Virus record (IMG/VR): IMGVR_UViG_3300017565_000002
Location: 1-64,000 of that record
Origin: a virus
Taxonomy: Duplodnaviria; Caudoviricetes
Strand: one strand, 5' to 3'
Length of the DNA stretch: 64,000 bases
A program made the translations under genes and the position numbers. Below are positions 8,627 to 17,585 of the stretch, piece after piece (the stretch's first letter is position 1; the number at the start of each line of letters is the position of its first letter). Below the pieces are notes generated by a model that did not search any database, was not told the origin of the DNA, and saw only the letters and a list, made by a program, of their open reading frames with translations.

Positions 8627-9583
8627 ATGAAATTGGTCTATTGTACACCGGGTATCGGTGTTATCACAAACCATATCTCTCATATTCTACGCAATGACTA
8701 TAAAATTCCTAAACAGTTTGACCATACGAATGATGGTCTTGCACACGGCACCTTCATTATCCACATAACACATGAAGAGAGCCTGGATCTATTCAAAGAA
8801 CTATTGATGCGATCTCCGGGTCTCCATACATCACCATATTCGCTTAACCGAATACTTGAAACCAGAGATGGATACTATGTAACATTAAGTCCATTGTGTA
8901 TAGAGTCGTTACCAGTAGTCACGGAGATTGGTCAGACCGTTGTGGAATCCCTATCACCATATATTTATCAAACGTCATACCGAGAAGAAGATAACCATTA
9001 CGACATTTCATATCACGGAAAATGGGCATTTCACATATTGGATGATATGCGTCATTTCGGCCATCGGTATCTAAACGTACTAAACCAAACACAAATGTCC
9101 CGTGAAGAACTCAATAGGTTGATTACCCTTACAATCCGCCTTCGGTGTCCTAGGTATATCGCGGATGAAGTACAGCGATATATTCTATCCACACGAAATA
9201 AATATGCATCACCGGGTAAGAAGGTTTCCTTTTCGGAATTGCCTCCTGGGAGAAAGATGCATATGAAACTATCCAGTTTGACCAATGATGCAAATATAAC
9301 CACTGATAAAGTATTGATCGATGTGGATCGCATGGATGTATCAAAGTTCATCGATCAATTCATCAAGAATGACGTGGAGCATAAATTTGGAGAACGTCTA
9401 TATCCTGATACCATTCTTCAGGATGTATTCTGCACAATAACGATAGAGCACCTCATTGAATTCTTGGATGATAGACATCAAGCTCAACCACATTGGGTTT
9501 ACTTCAATTCCATTTGTAAAACGCTCATGGAAAATAACAATCTTATGGGCTTTATTTTAACAGGAAGGAAGTTGTCTATATGA
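8627..9583 (+). CDS. Degenerate ThyX (flavin-dependent thymidylate synthase)-like protein lacking the RHR catalytic motif
   Basis: GLAHGTFII (cf. AMLEHGTVYL), SPYS...YYVT, LTIRLRCPRYIADEVQRYILSTR (cf. TVRFICDRGVSHEFVRHRxxxxxxxSTR), LYPDTILQDVFCT...FLDDR (cf. VLPNSLKTExxxT...FFxLR). Confidence 0.6.
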   Translation: MKLVYCTPGIGVITNHISHILRNDYKIPKQFDHTNDGLAHGTFIIHITHEESLDLFKELLMRSPGLHTSPYSLNRILETRDGYYVTLSPLCIESLPVVTEIGQTVVESLSPYIYQTSYREEDNHYDISYHGKWAFHILDDMRHFGHRYLNVLNQTQMSREELNRLITLTIRLRCPRYIADEVQRYILSTRNKYASPGKKVSFSELPPGRKMHMKLSSLTNDANITTDKVLIDVDRMDVSKFIDQFIKNDVEHKFGERLYPDTILQDVFCTITIEHLIEFLDDRHQAQPHWVYFNSICKTLMENNNLMGFILTGRKLSI

Positions 9584-10137
9584 ATGAGAAAGTGGAGAAG
9601 ATTGTAATCTACGTCGCCTTTGATCCATCTGGCGGCGAAACGATCCACGAAGCATTTGTCATGTACATGATAGGCGATCAAGTTTCCGAGATTTACAACA
9701 TGAGCATGTTTTTTGATGAGACTTCTGAGGAGTCCATCAGAGATGGCATCTTTGACGAAGAAACTGATTCCCGTTTTATAGACAAAGAAAAGACCAAACT
9801 CCATCTCATGACGCTTGAGGGTACTGAGAATTACATGGAGCAGATTTTCGAAATGATAAATGTGCTAGATGCCAAGGGAGATATTGAATACGTCATCTAC
9901 AATGAATCCGTCTCTCATTCAGATTTCTTCTACGATCTTGAGGAATATATTCAGAATAAAGATGACTACTTCTTACCTGTGAAGTTCTGTGATGTGTTTG
10001 TAGTTGATTCCGACATCGGAAGCTTACTTACAAAATACGGCCTCACAAATCATAGCTACTCCAAAGATTCTCCAATCTCCTGTGCTGTTTATACCGGTAT
10101 CCTATTCGATATTGGAATAGGTAGATATCATCAGTAG
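9580..10137 (+). CDS. Acidic hypothetical protein, translationally coupled to the ThyX-like gene
   Basis: ATGA overlap at 9580-9583; terminator at 10143-10174. Confidence 0.75.
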   Translation: MNEKVEKIVIYVAFDPSGGETIHEAFVMYMIGDQVSEIYNMSMFFDETSEESIRDGIFDEETDSRFIDKEKTKLHLMTLEGTENYMEQIFEMINVLDAKGDIEYVIYNESVSHSDFFYDLEEYIQNKDDYFLPVKFCDVFVVDSDIGSLLTKYGLTNHSYSKDSPISCAVYTGILFDIGIGRYHQ

Positions 10138-10142
10138 ACAAA

Positions 10143-10174
10143 AAACCCACAAGGGCAAAGGCTCTTGTGGGTTT
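10143..10174 (+). terminator. Intrinsic terminator
   Basis: aaacccacaag/cttgtgggttt stem. Confidence 0.7.
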
Positions 10175-10218
10175 ACATTATTGAATTGCCGTCTTAAGTT
10201 TTGGCCATAACTCATTTT

Positions 10219-10230
10219 AACATCCAATTA
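10219..10230 (+). promoter_or_regulatory. Late-type promoter AACA-N6-TA
   Basis: AACAtccaatTA upstream of 10263. Confidence 0.65.
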
Positions 10231-10262
10231 ACCAAGAAACTCGTCATTTTGGAGGTGTTAAA

Positions 10263-10997
10263 ATGCGGATACCTAAGATCAATGCATATCGGGATACATC
10301 TGGCTACGATTCAGTCGTAGAGAATATTGATATTGATCTGCTTGAAGACGTTGAGTATTATCAAAATATCGACCCTGAAAATACCAAAGAGTTCCCTAAG
10401 GTTATCAGGACCTACAAGATGTTGACGCGAGCCAGTTTTGAATATAAAGAAATGGCAAAATTCTTAAAGGCCCATCATGATATGAATCAATCCTTCTTTT
10501 TCAAGGGTATCAAACACACAGAGGATAAGAAATTCTCATTGGAGATTCACCATGCGCCATTTACACTCGAAGATATTGTCGCTACCGTCATTTTAAAACG
10601 TCTATCTAACGGAGAATCGACAAATCATATGGATGTCTGTAGAGAGATTATGCATCTCCACTACGCTGGAGCAGTGGGTCTTATCCCATTGGATAGAACC
10701 TCGCATGCGTTGATCCATAGTCCTGATGCACCAGAACTATTTGCACCGATTCAACACATTCCATTTGGGGAATGTCATCGGTTCTATAAGGAATATAAGA
10801 AATATATTCCGGATAACGTCAAAGCGACGTATGCTTATATTCAGGATTTATCCATGAAGTATGAGCGGATTTCTGATATTATCCCTAGTTATATGAAACC
10901 TAAGGCGTTGTATTACGAGGGATTTATCAAAATCGAGAAATTTGAAGAATTGCTGGACGAGATCGAACGATCGAACTCCGCTCTCGTTAATGTCTAA
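10263..10997 (+). CDS. His-rich, HNH-like conserved phage protein (paralog of 19107..19733)
   Basis: LEIHHAPFTLEDI ... GLIPLDRTSHALIH, a pattern resembling ββα-metal HH...LxxxxH. Confidence 0.5.
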   Translation: MRIPKINAYRDTSGYDSVVENIDIDLLEDVEYYQNIDPENTKEFPKVIRTYKMLTRASFEYKEMAKFLKAHHDMNQSFFFKGIKHTEDKKFSLEIHHAPFTLEDIVATVILKRLSNGESTNHMDVCREIMHLHYAGAVGLIPLDRTSHALIHSPDAPELFAPIQHIPFGECHRFYKEYKKYIPDNVKATYAYIQDLSMKYERISDIIPSYMKPKALYYEGFIKIEKFEELLDEIERSNSALVNV

Positions 10998-10998
10998 C

Positions 10999-11025
10999 TC
11001 AGGAAGAGATTATTTCTCTTCCTGA
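10999..11025 (+). terminator. Intrinsic terminator
   Basis: tcaggaagag/ctcttcctga stem plus T-run. Confidence 0.8.
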
Positions 11026-11039
11026 CTCTTTTTTTAGTC

Positions 11040-11048
11040 ATATATTAT
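11040..11048 (+). promoter_or_regulatory. Early-type promoter ATATATTAT
   Basis: Immediately upstream of the RNase H gene. Confidence 0.5.
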
Positions 11049-11066
11049 ATATGCGCTATCATAATA

Positions 11067-11828
11067 ATGAAGGAGATGATAAAGATGCGATTTGAGATAT
11101 TCACAGACGGCTCATCCTATATTGGATCTACCGACAAAACCCAACGAGCCAGTTCGTGTGCCTATAAGATTCTCATATATGGGCGACAGTTATTTATGAA
11201 TGGTCGGTTTCTACCCGGTGGTACGAATAACTCTGGCGAAGTAAGTGCGGTCTTAGATGGACTCCGTGCATTAGACGAATCCATTAAGAGAGTCCGATCC
11301 GGAAAGATAAAACCGCCGTATGATGTGTGGTTGTATACTGATAGTTTAATCACGAGAGATTCATGTAAGACGGATATCTACAAATGGATCAAGAGAGGGA
11401 GCCATACCCATTATATCAATTCTGCTGGAGATGCAGTTGCAAATCAGACCATCTATCGAAGTATTTATAGGGAGTTTCTTACCAACCCTATGTATGACAT
11501 TACGTTTATCCATATCAATAGCCACTGTATTGAAACTGCTATCTACAGAAGCAATATGGATAAAATCATTGCTTACGTAGATAACCCTGTACCTAGGCTA
11601 AGGAAACAAATTCCCGAAGAAGTATTCACACATCCCAAGCTTATTCATGCGATGAAAACGTTCTATGATACAAATGGTATGGAGATATCAGAGACGGACT
11701 TGCTACGGCTTCTGATACATAATAAGGACGTAGATGAATTAGCAGCCGGAATATTGAATGAGGGGCTTGAAGAAAGTGGTATACGCCCTGCGGAGGTGAA
11801 AAAATGGCCAAAGAGAGCAAGAAGTTAA
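11067..11828 (+). CDS. rnhA: Ribonuclease HI
   Basis: IFTDGSS, TNNSGEVSAV, YTDS, HINSH, NKDVDELA: all four acidic catalytic residues in RNase HI context. Confidence 0.9.
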   Translation: MKEMIKMRFEIFTDGSSYIGSTDKTQRASSCAYKILIYGRQLFMNGRFLPGGTNNSGEVSAVLDGLRALDESIKRVRSGKIKPPYDVWLYTDSLITRDSCKTDIYKWIKRGSHTHYINSAGDAVANQTIYRSIYREFLTNPMYDITFIHINSHCIETAIYRSNMDKIIAYVDNPVPRLRKQIPEEVFTHPKLIHAMKTFYDTNGMEISETDLLRLLIHNKDVDELAAGILNEGLEESGIRPAEVKKWPKRARS

Positions 11829-12388
11829 GAAAGCTAAATCGCAAGCTCAAGAAACTCGATGAAGAGTTGTACAATAATAAGTACGTCTCTAGAGAAGAGT
11901 TTCTCAAATCTAAACTATCAAAGTCGCTGAAAGCCTACTACAAGAAACTCTCAGACGAGCGAAAGGCACATTTTCTCAGATATATCATCAGAGATGAAGA
12001 CTGGGAAACTATGCAGTCATTGATTCAAAGCCGTCGGGTGGAAGACGATGATGAAGAGGGAGTAGATAACGTTCCTCGGTCATTAAAAGAACTTAACCGA
12101 CTTGCCGCTACGCCAAAGAAGACAAAAAAGAAGAAGAAAGATAAACGTAACGTCTTGAGGATGAAAAGGGGTCTGTTGAAAGTTTTAAACCCGGAATCCC
12201 ATGATCGAGCGCTTCTAAGCAATAAGGATTACCGGAAGTACCTGAAGAAACTGGCAGATAAGGAAATGAAGAAAGATGCAAATGTCCAACTTGACTGCAC
12301 AATCAAGAACTTCAGAGAAGTTCTGATGGATAATGATACAGTGAATACGGCAGTCATGGATAGCTTCTGGAATAAACACGGTTATTGA
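11804..12388 (+). CDS. Highly charged hypothetical protein
   Basis: Overlaps the RNase H 3-prime end; SD GGAGGTG; Lys-rich and acidic tracts. Confidence 0.7.
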   Translation: MAKESKKLRKLNRKLKKLDEELYNNKYVSREEFLKSKLSKSLKAYYKKLSDERKAHFLRYIIRDEDWETMQSLIQSRRVEDDDEEGVDNVPRSLKELNRLAATPKKTKKKKKDKRNVLRMKRGLLKVLNPESHDRALLSNKDYRKYLKKLADKEMKKDANVQLDCTIKNFREVLMDNDTVNTAVMDSFWNKHGY

Positions 12389-12407
12389 TACTCACTTCTT
12401 AGAATGA

Positions 12408-12418
12408 GTATATATTAT
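12408..12418 (+). promoter_or_regulatory. Early-type promoter GTATATATTAT
   Basis: Upstream of the kinase gene. Confidence 0.6.
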
Positions 12419-12466
12419 AGGAGTGTAGTATTATAATGAAACTAAATAGAGGGAGTGTTTTAAGGT

Positions 12467-14149
12467 ATGAGAATTAATCAACTCATCCCACGTGAGGCGA
12501 TGGACAAAATCGCCAAATGGGTCGATCGGCCTATCAACCAGATAGAAAAGACCGAAAAGTATGAAAAGCTCCTCAAGCGGTATGGATTCAATCAACTTGA
12601 CCTTGGAACCAACCGCGAGATCTATACGCATGAAAAATACCCGAAGGTCGTATTCAAAATCGCCTTGGATGAACAGGGCGTATTGGACAATTTGAATGAA
12701 TACGAGAAATCTGATAAATCCAAGTATTTCCCGATGAGCTATGACATCGATACCGACGGCTATGTGCTTATTCAGCAGCGGACGCCGGTGATGCAACTCT
12801 CGACGTTCCGGGAAAAGGAAGTACAGAAACGGGTTCGGAAGATCTTGAGGCAGCTCGACAGCGAAGGATTCTATCTGTTGGATCTGGGGGCTGATAAGCA
12901 TAAGAACTTCGGTATGGATAAGAAGGGTGAAATTTATATCCTCGATTTTGGTTATGTCGGGTATAAATCCTTGTGCAATTTCAATTGCCCACACACTCGG
13001 GTTATCAAACCGGGCAAACAGGAGTTTTGCAAAGGTAAGTTGGATTACAACAAAAGCTTTACAATGCTCGTCTGCGATGAATGTGAGAATGCATTCAAAG
13101 TGGATGTTGCAATGGAAGGGTATACACAAACCATGTATGCCAAACCACCGGAGAAGGAGGAATTCCGCCCATCGAAGGATTTGGAGGATTTCTACAAAAG
13201 CTTCAATAAACACCGGGATCGTGGCACATTAAAACGGTATGTTTCACTGACAAAGAGCGAAGAGAATCGGGTGATGACCCCGGTTGTATCAACGAAACCG
13301 ATAACAGAACCACCATCGGCAAAGGATCGTTTCCTTGCATTGGCAGGTAAGGTGGCAGCGGCAGAAGACAGTGATAAAGTTCAACTACCTGCACTTGACG
13401 ACCCAATGGATGACGACGACGAAGATGACGATGATGAAGAATTCGATGCACCTCGCACGTTAAGGTCACAGATTGATGATGACGACGATGATGAGGACGA
13501 GGATGAAGAGGAAGATGAACCATATGTGGATGCTGAGGGTGATGTATATGAAACAGCTCCACGGCCAATTCTGCATCATGATGAAGACCGTGATGTGGTG
13601 CAAGATAATATCGAAGATGGTCAATATCAAAAAGCCATGGAATACCTCATGGCAACCGGAGTCTCGGAGAAGAATTCTGGAGAAATTGTAACTGCATTAT
13701 TCTATGAGAGATTCCCGGAAATGAAAAGGATAATCACAGACTTTGATAAAGAAGTCGAACGCAGGGTAGCTGAACGGGAAGCTATATTCCGCCTTGAGCA
13801 TGCCAATGCAAATATAACTGAAAAAGAACCTGAGCCGGTACTGATGGAAACTATTGATGATATTTCAGTATTGGAAGACTTGGGTATTGTGGTCAGCAAG
13901 CCAAGCGATGGTGAACTCCAAAATGAGATTCACATCGGGATGTCCGCAGAAAATCTGAAGAAGCGGCCGATTATCGTTATATCCAAAAACGATGTCGTCT
14001 ACTATATAGACCTTCTCGCACACGTTGACCGGTTGATTGAGTTCAAATCTCCACTCTTTGATGGGGATATGATCGTCACGTCAATGGTTGCAGAGCCGGT
14101 CGATGAATTCAATCGGGATTATGATGATCGATATTTCGAAAACGACTGA
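12467..14149 (+). CDS. Protein kinase-like fold protein with Cys4 zinc ribbon and acidic low-complexity linker
   Basis: LDLGTNR (Gly loop), VVFKI, NLNEY, DLGADKHKNFG (catalytic D...N), ILDFGY; then CxxxC/C...CxxC; poly-D/E tract. Confidence 0.75.
   Translation: MRINQLIPREAMDKIAKWVDRPINQIEKTEKYEKLLKRYGFNQLDLGTNREIYTHEKYPKVVFKIALDEQGVLDNLNEYEKSDKSKYFPMSYDIDTDGYVLIQQRTPVMQLSTFREKEVQKRVRKILRQLDSEGFYLLDLGADKHKNFGMDKKGEIYILDFGYVGYKSLCNFNCPHTRVIKPGKQEFCKGKLDYNKSFTMLVCDECENAFKVDVAMEGYTQTMYAKPPEKEEFRPSKDLEDFYKSFNKHRDRGTLKRYVSLTKSEENRVMTPVVSTKPITEPPSAKDRFLALAGKVAAAEDSDKVQLPALDDPMDDDDEDDDDEEFDAPRTLRSQIDDDDDDEDEDEEEDEPYVDAEGDVYETAPRPILHHDEDRDVVQDNIEDGQYQKAMEYLMATGVSEKNSGEIVTALFYERFPEMKRIITDFDKEVERRVAEREAIFRLEHANANITEKEPEPVLMETIDDISVLEDLGIVVSKPSDGELQNEIHIGMSAENLKKRPIIVISKNDVVYYIDLLAHVDRLIEFKSPLFDGDMIVTSMVAEPVDEFNRDYDDRYFEND
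13408..13515 (+). repeat. (GAY/GAR)n coding low-complexity tract (poly-Asp/Glu)
   Basis: gatgacgacgacgaagatgacgatgatgaagaa... encoding DDDDEDDDDEE and DDDDDDEDEDEEEDE. Confidence 0.8.
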
Positions 14150-14245
14150 TTATCTCGAATGGGTTCGTACTAATACGGGTATAATCCGGCATAGTTAAAT
14201 ACTATGCCGGAAACACCAGATAAATTTCATTAGGAGGCTACACAA

Positions 14246-15058
14246 ATGATTATTGTAAACGAATCTAGCTTCACAAAGCTGTCGGATGACAGCAAATCTT
14301 TGCGGAACTCTTTCATCTATATCCTTTCCCCGCAACTGACGTTGCAGAAGGATGGCGATGATGAAGAAGAGATCCGCAGCAACGACAAATTGTCGTATCT
14401 TCGCCCGTCACAGGAGCTGCTCGACAAGCTGGCTTCCGGCGAAATCAACAAGAAGAAATTCAAGAAAGCATACATCAAGCAGTTGAAAGAACCCGAAAAT
14501 GAGTTTTACATCTACACCATCATCCGCAGCCTGAATGAAGATCGGTATATGCCGATATTCGTGGTAAACGATGAAGATTGGGATATCGGCTTCGTCAAGG
14601 TGCTGGCAAACTACCTTGAAGAAAGATTCGGTATCAAGCAACTGAAAGTCAAGGGCTACCTGTCGGAAGTGAAGCAGGCTTGGAAGACGGCAAAGAAAAC
14701 GTCGTCGAAAGGCAAAAAGCGCGAAAAAGAGTTCAATGCTCAAATCAAGGGCTACTTGCGCGACAATGTTAACCTCTCCTTCGAGGGTATCAAAGCGCTC
14801 GAAGAATTGGACAAGAAATATGCGATCCATCGGATGGCTGTGAAAATAAACAATAGCAAGCCGGGCGATATTAAACGGAAAGATATCGCCAAAGGCATCA
14901 AGCTGTACCAAGAGTACAGCAAGAAATCCGCCAAGCGGGTTAAGCGGGCAATCGATGCACTCGGCATTTCGAAGAAGCCGGATCGTTGGTCCAAGGATGA
15001 CGGAGTCGGCCTTGTGGCATATCTGTATGAGGATATCCACAAAGGTAGCGACGAGTAA
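14246..15058 (+). CDS. Lys-rich hypothetical protein, likely abundant
   Basis: SD GGAGG, strong C-ending codon bias, perfect inverted repeat (ccggcatagt/actatgccgg) and a near-late promoter upstream, terminator at 15069-15091. Confidence 0.75.
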   Translation: MIIVNESSFTKLSDDSKSLRNSFIYILSPQLTLQKDGDDEEEIRSNDKLSYLRPSQELLDKLASGEINKKKFKKAYIKQLKEPENEFYIYTIIRSLNEDRYMPIFVVNDEDWDIGFVKVLANYLEERFGIKQLKVKGYLSEVKQAWKTAKKTSSKGKKREKEFNAQIKGYLRDNVNLSFEGIKALEELDKKYAIHRMAVKINNSKPGDIKRKDIAKGIKLYQEYSKKSAKRVKRAIDALGISKKPDRWSKDDGVGLVAYLYEDIHKGSDE

Positions 15059-15068
15059 TAGGAAGACG

Positions 15069-15091
15069 GGAAGTGTCATAATGACACTTCC
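15069..15091 (+). terminator. Intrinsic terminator
   Basis: ggaagtgtca/tgacacttcc stem plus T-run. Confidence 0.8.
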
Positions 15092-15126
15092 TTTCTTTTT
15101 TACTTGATTTCAAGGGATGATCTACA

Positions 15127-15927
15127 ATGAAGCTGCGGCTAAAGGAACTTCTAGACCATGACCTATGGAAAAGAGACCTCTACTTACAAGATATTGACTA
15201 TATCATAGGTGCTAACATCTTCGAGTATGACATGAAAGACGCCGGTTATCATCTGAGTATGGAATACCAACTCTTGGATGAAGCTACATTGGAATACTTA
15301 GGAACACTAGTCAAAAAGGAACGAACGATACGTATTGGACTCCTCATGAGGGATAATCCCGACTTTAGCAAGAAACTTACAAAAGCCTTCGGACAGATGA
15401 GACGACGATTCTTTATTGCCAATGACATTCAACACCGTCAGATCTTATCGATTAAAAAGGACGCAATATTTTTGATCAATAAGGGTTGTGACAAAGTTAA
15501 ATTTGGTGATGTGGAGTTCGTATTGAAAAATAGATATACCTCGTTCCATCGGTTTAGATCTTCCGAGTTCTATTATCGAAACCGAGGGAAGGTATTAGAT
15601 GTAAAGGGTATCTCTAATGATAAACTCATACCCCATGAGGAATATATGATATCTTTCTTAAAGGAAACGTTCCTTGCATTGGAGACAACTGACAATCGGA
15701 GGATCGTTTCAAAGGTCAAAAAATTTGCTTCGGATTACAAGAACGGTAGATTACCCGTCGAGTATTATCGGGAGTTAAATAGCGGGTCAATGTACACGTT
15801 CAAGTCTCAGGGAGATAATATTGTACAATCTCAATATCAACTTCCGGGCTTTGAGATTGAACGATCGTATAACTACATGGTTTATATTTTGCCACTGATC
15901 CAACGGTTCTTCTTTATCACCAACTAA
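15127..15927 (+). CDS. Minimal DNA polymerase palm-like protein (no exonuclease domain)
   Basis: FEYDMKDAG (motif A-like Asp), K.ER...IG (fingers-like), LSIKKDAIF (motif C-like Asp in a hairpin). Confidence 0.5.
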   Translation: MKLRLKELLDHDLWKRDLYLQDIDYIIGANIFEYDMKDAGYHLSMEYQLLDEATLEYLGTLVKKERTIRIGLLMRDNPDFSKKLTKAFGQMRRRFFIANDIQHRQILSIKKDAIFLINKGCDKVKFGDVEFVLKNRYTSFHRFRSSEFYYRNRGKVLDVKGISNDKLIPHEEYMISFLKETFLALETTDNRRIVSKVKKFASDYKNGRLPVEYYRELNSGSMYTFKSQGDNIVQSQYQLPGFEIERSYNYMVYILPLIQRFFFITN

Positions 15928-15940
15928 AAGGAGCCTAGAT

Positions 15941-16297
15941 ATGTACATTATAATCGACGAGCAAGATCGCATTGGTGCAATTATTCAGGAAGCTAGGAAG
16001 CTCTCCAATAAATGCATGACTTATCGGATGGGTCTGGCAAACGCAATCTTCTTCAAATTGTCCTCTCCCGATGGTGCCTATCTGATTATCACACATACTG
16101 CTTCGCGTGTGGCAGGCACTCCGACCGAATTTGCCACTGTATACAGGGCAGAGATTACGTCCAGTCGGTCAGTTATGAAGATTGTCACCAAACGAGAGAG
16201 TATGGGAGAGCGAGAAATATCAGATGAGGATTTGGACAAACTTCTGGGTCAGCTATCTCCCGTGGAACTCAAATGTCTCGCCGATATAAGGGCGTAA
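15941..16297 (+). CDS. Hypothetical protein
   Basis: 118-aa ORF with SD AGGAG. Confidence 0.7.
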   Translation: MYIIIDEQDRIGAIIQEARKLSNKCMTYRMGLANAIFFKLSSPDGAYLIITHTASRVAGTPTEFATVYRAEITSSRSVMKIVTKRESMGEREISDEDLDKLLGQLSPVELKCLADIRA

Positions 16298-16332
16298 CAA
16301 TCAACAGATCCAATTAAATATTATAGCTATGT

Positions 16333-16344
16333 AACAAATGAATA
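16333..16344 (+). promoter_or_regulatory. Late-type promoter AACA-N6-TA
   Basis: AACAaatgaaTA upstream of 16393. Confidence 0.55.
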
Positions 16345-16392
16345 GAGCTGGAATTATATTCCAGACTCACTTTAAAAGGGAGAGATAGAAGA

Positions 16393-17097
16393 ATGACGAC
16401 GATGAAGAATGCATTTAACAAGGCACAGAAAAACCTGAAAGACACTGAGGAACGAATTGAAATCCCGGTTGATCCGGCAACTTTCAAAGCAACGAAGAAG
16501 TCTCCAATCAAAGAATCGGTGTTCCTTATTTACGCTGACGCCGAGCACATCTTCGTGGAAAACAGCGAACGTGCAGGCCGGGCATCCAGGTATCCACTGG
16601 ACAAAGGAACCTTGTATCTGGTTGTACAACCCAACCGGATCTTCTCATATTTCCGCAGCGAGCGGTTTGCAAAATTTCTCAAGGACTACGGGATCAACCG
16701 GGTTCGCAATATAGACCCGAACGGCGAATATCATTTCCGCCACGGGAAGCACCGGGACAACGAAGATTGCTGGCTGCTTCATACCGACGGCGTTATCATC
16801 TCGGTGAATCAACCCAGATCACCTGATGCACTTCCGGTGTTCAGCGTTCGATACCCGAAACGGTTCATGGTCGTCGAGAACGCCTCCTTTGCAATCGCGC
16901 AGCAAATTACGTTACGGGATAGAGGAGAAGATGGAAAAGAATGCACGTTCCTTTCCCGCGAACTCATCACCCGTACTGACGTATTTACGTTTGAAGCAAG
17001 CGATGAATTCCGGGATGCGATAGCCAAAATGGACCGCATGTATTCCGACATGTTTTTAACGGCAGACGCCGACGCAAGCGACACATCCAAGGACTAA
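16393..17097 (+). CDS. Hypothetical protein
   Basis: 234-aa ORF, SD GGGAG, GC-richer codon usage, terminator at 17111-17136. Confidence 0.75.
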   Translation: MTTMKNAFNKAQKNLKDTEERIEIPVDPATFKATKKSPIKESVFLIYADAEHIFVENSERAGRASRYPLDKGTLYLVVQPNRIFSYFRSERFAKFLKDYGINRVRNIDPNGEYHFRHGKHRDNEDCWLLHTDGVIISVNQPRSPDALPVFSVRYPKRFMVVENASFAIAQQITLRDRGEDGKECTFLSRELITRTDVFTFEASDEFRDAIAKMDRMYSDMFLTADADASDTSKD

Positions 17098-17110
17098 TTT
17101 TATCATACAG

Positions 17111-17136
17111 GGACAGACTGGGCTTCCAGTCTGTCC
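17111..17136 (+). terminator. Intrinsic terminator
   Basis: ggacagactgg/ccagtctgtcc stem plus T-rich tail. Confidence 0.8.
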
Positions 17137-17173
17137 TATCTTTTTTACATAATCAATAAGGAGGATAATAATT

Positions 17174-17584
17174 ATGGTAACACTTTTGGACGGGGTTAAA
17201 CTGTATACATTCATGTGGTCGGTGACTGAGATCGTTGCGGTGATTAGAGAAAATCCAATCATTGAGCCTTGGTCGGATTTATACGCCACTCAAACTAAAA
17301 TCTTGGCATTAGATGCGGCCGGTGCTACCGAAGCCATATTAAATTTCCACCCCGGATTATTGAAATCCAACAGAATCAGTACGATAAGCAATCTGGTGGT
17401 AGTCAAGAAGTTGATTTACCATATTTCGCATTATGCATCTGAATTGATCAATCTCGTTCATAGTGGCCAAATCAGTCGAGATGTAGTAGATAATATATGG
17501 GCCAACGTAATAATAATCCACAGAGAAAGACTTGCTGTGGCGGAGATAATGACGAAAACAACTAGAGAAAGTGTGGTATGTTAA
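17174..17584 (+). CDS. Hypothetical helical protein
   Basis: 136-aa ORF, SD AAGGAGG. Confidence 0.7.
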   Translation: MVTLLDGVKLYTFMWSVTEIVAVIRENPIIEPWSDLYATQTKILALDAAGATEAILNFHPGLLKSNRISTISNLVVVKKLIYHISHYASELINLVHSGQISRDVVDNIWANVIIIHRERLAVAEIMTKTTRESVVC

Positions 17585-17585
17585 G

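Noticed and set aside
12431-15079. Long minus-strand ORFs 12431..13213 and 14408..15079
   Set aside because: Antisense shadows of the kinase and of a codon-biased gene; no independent signals
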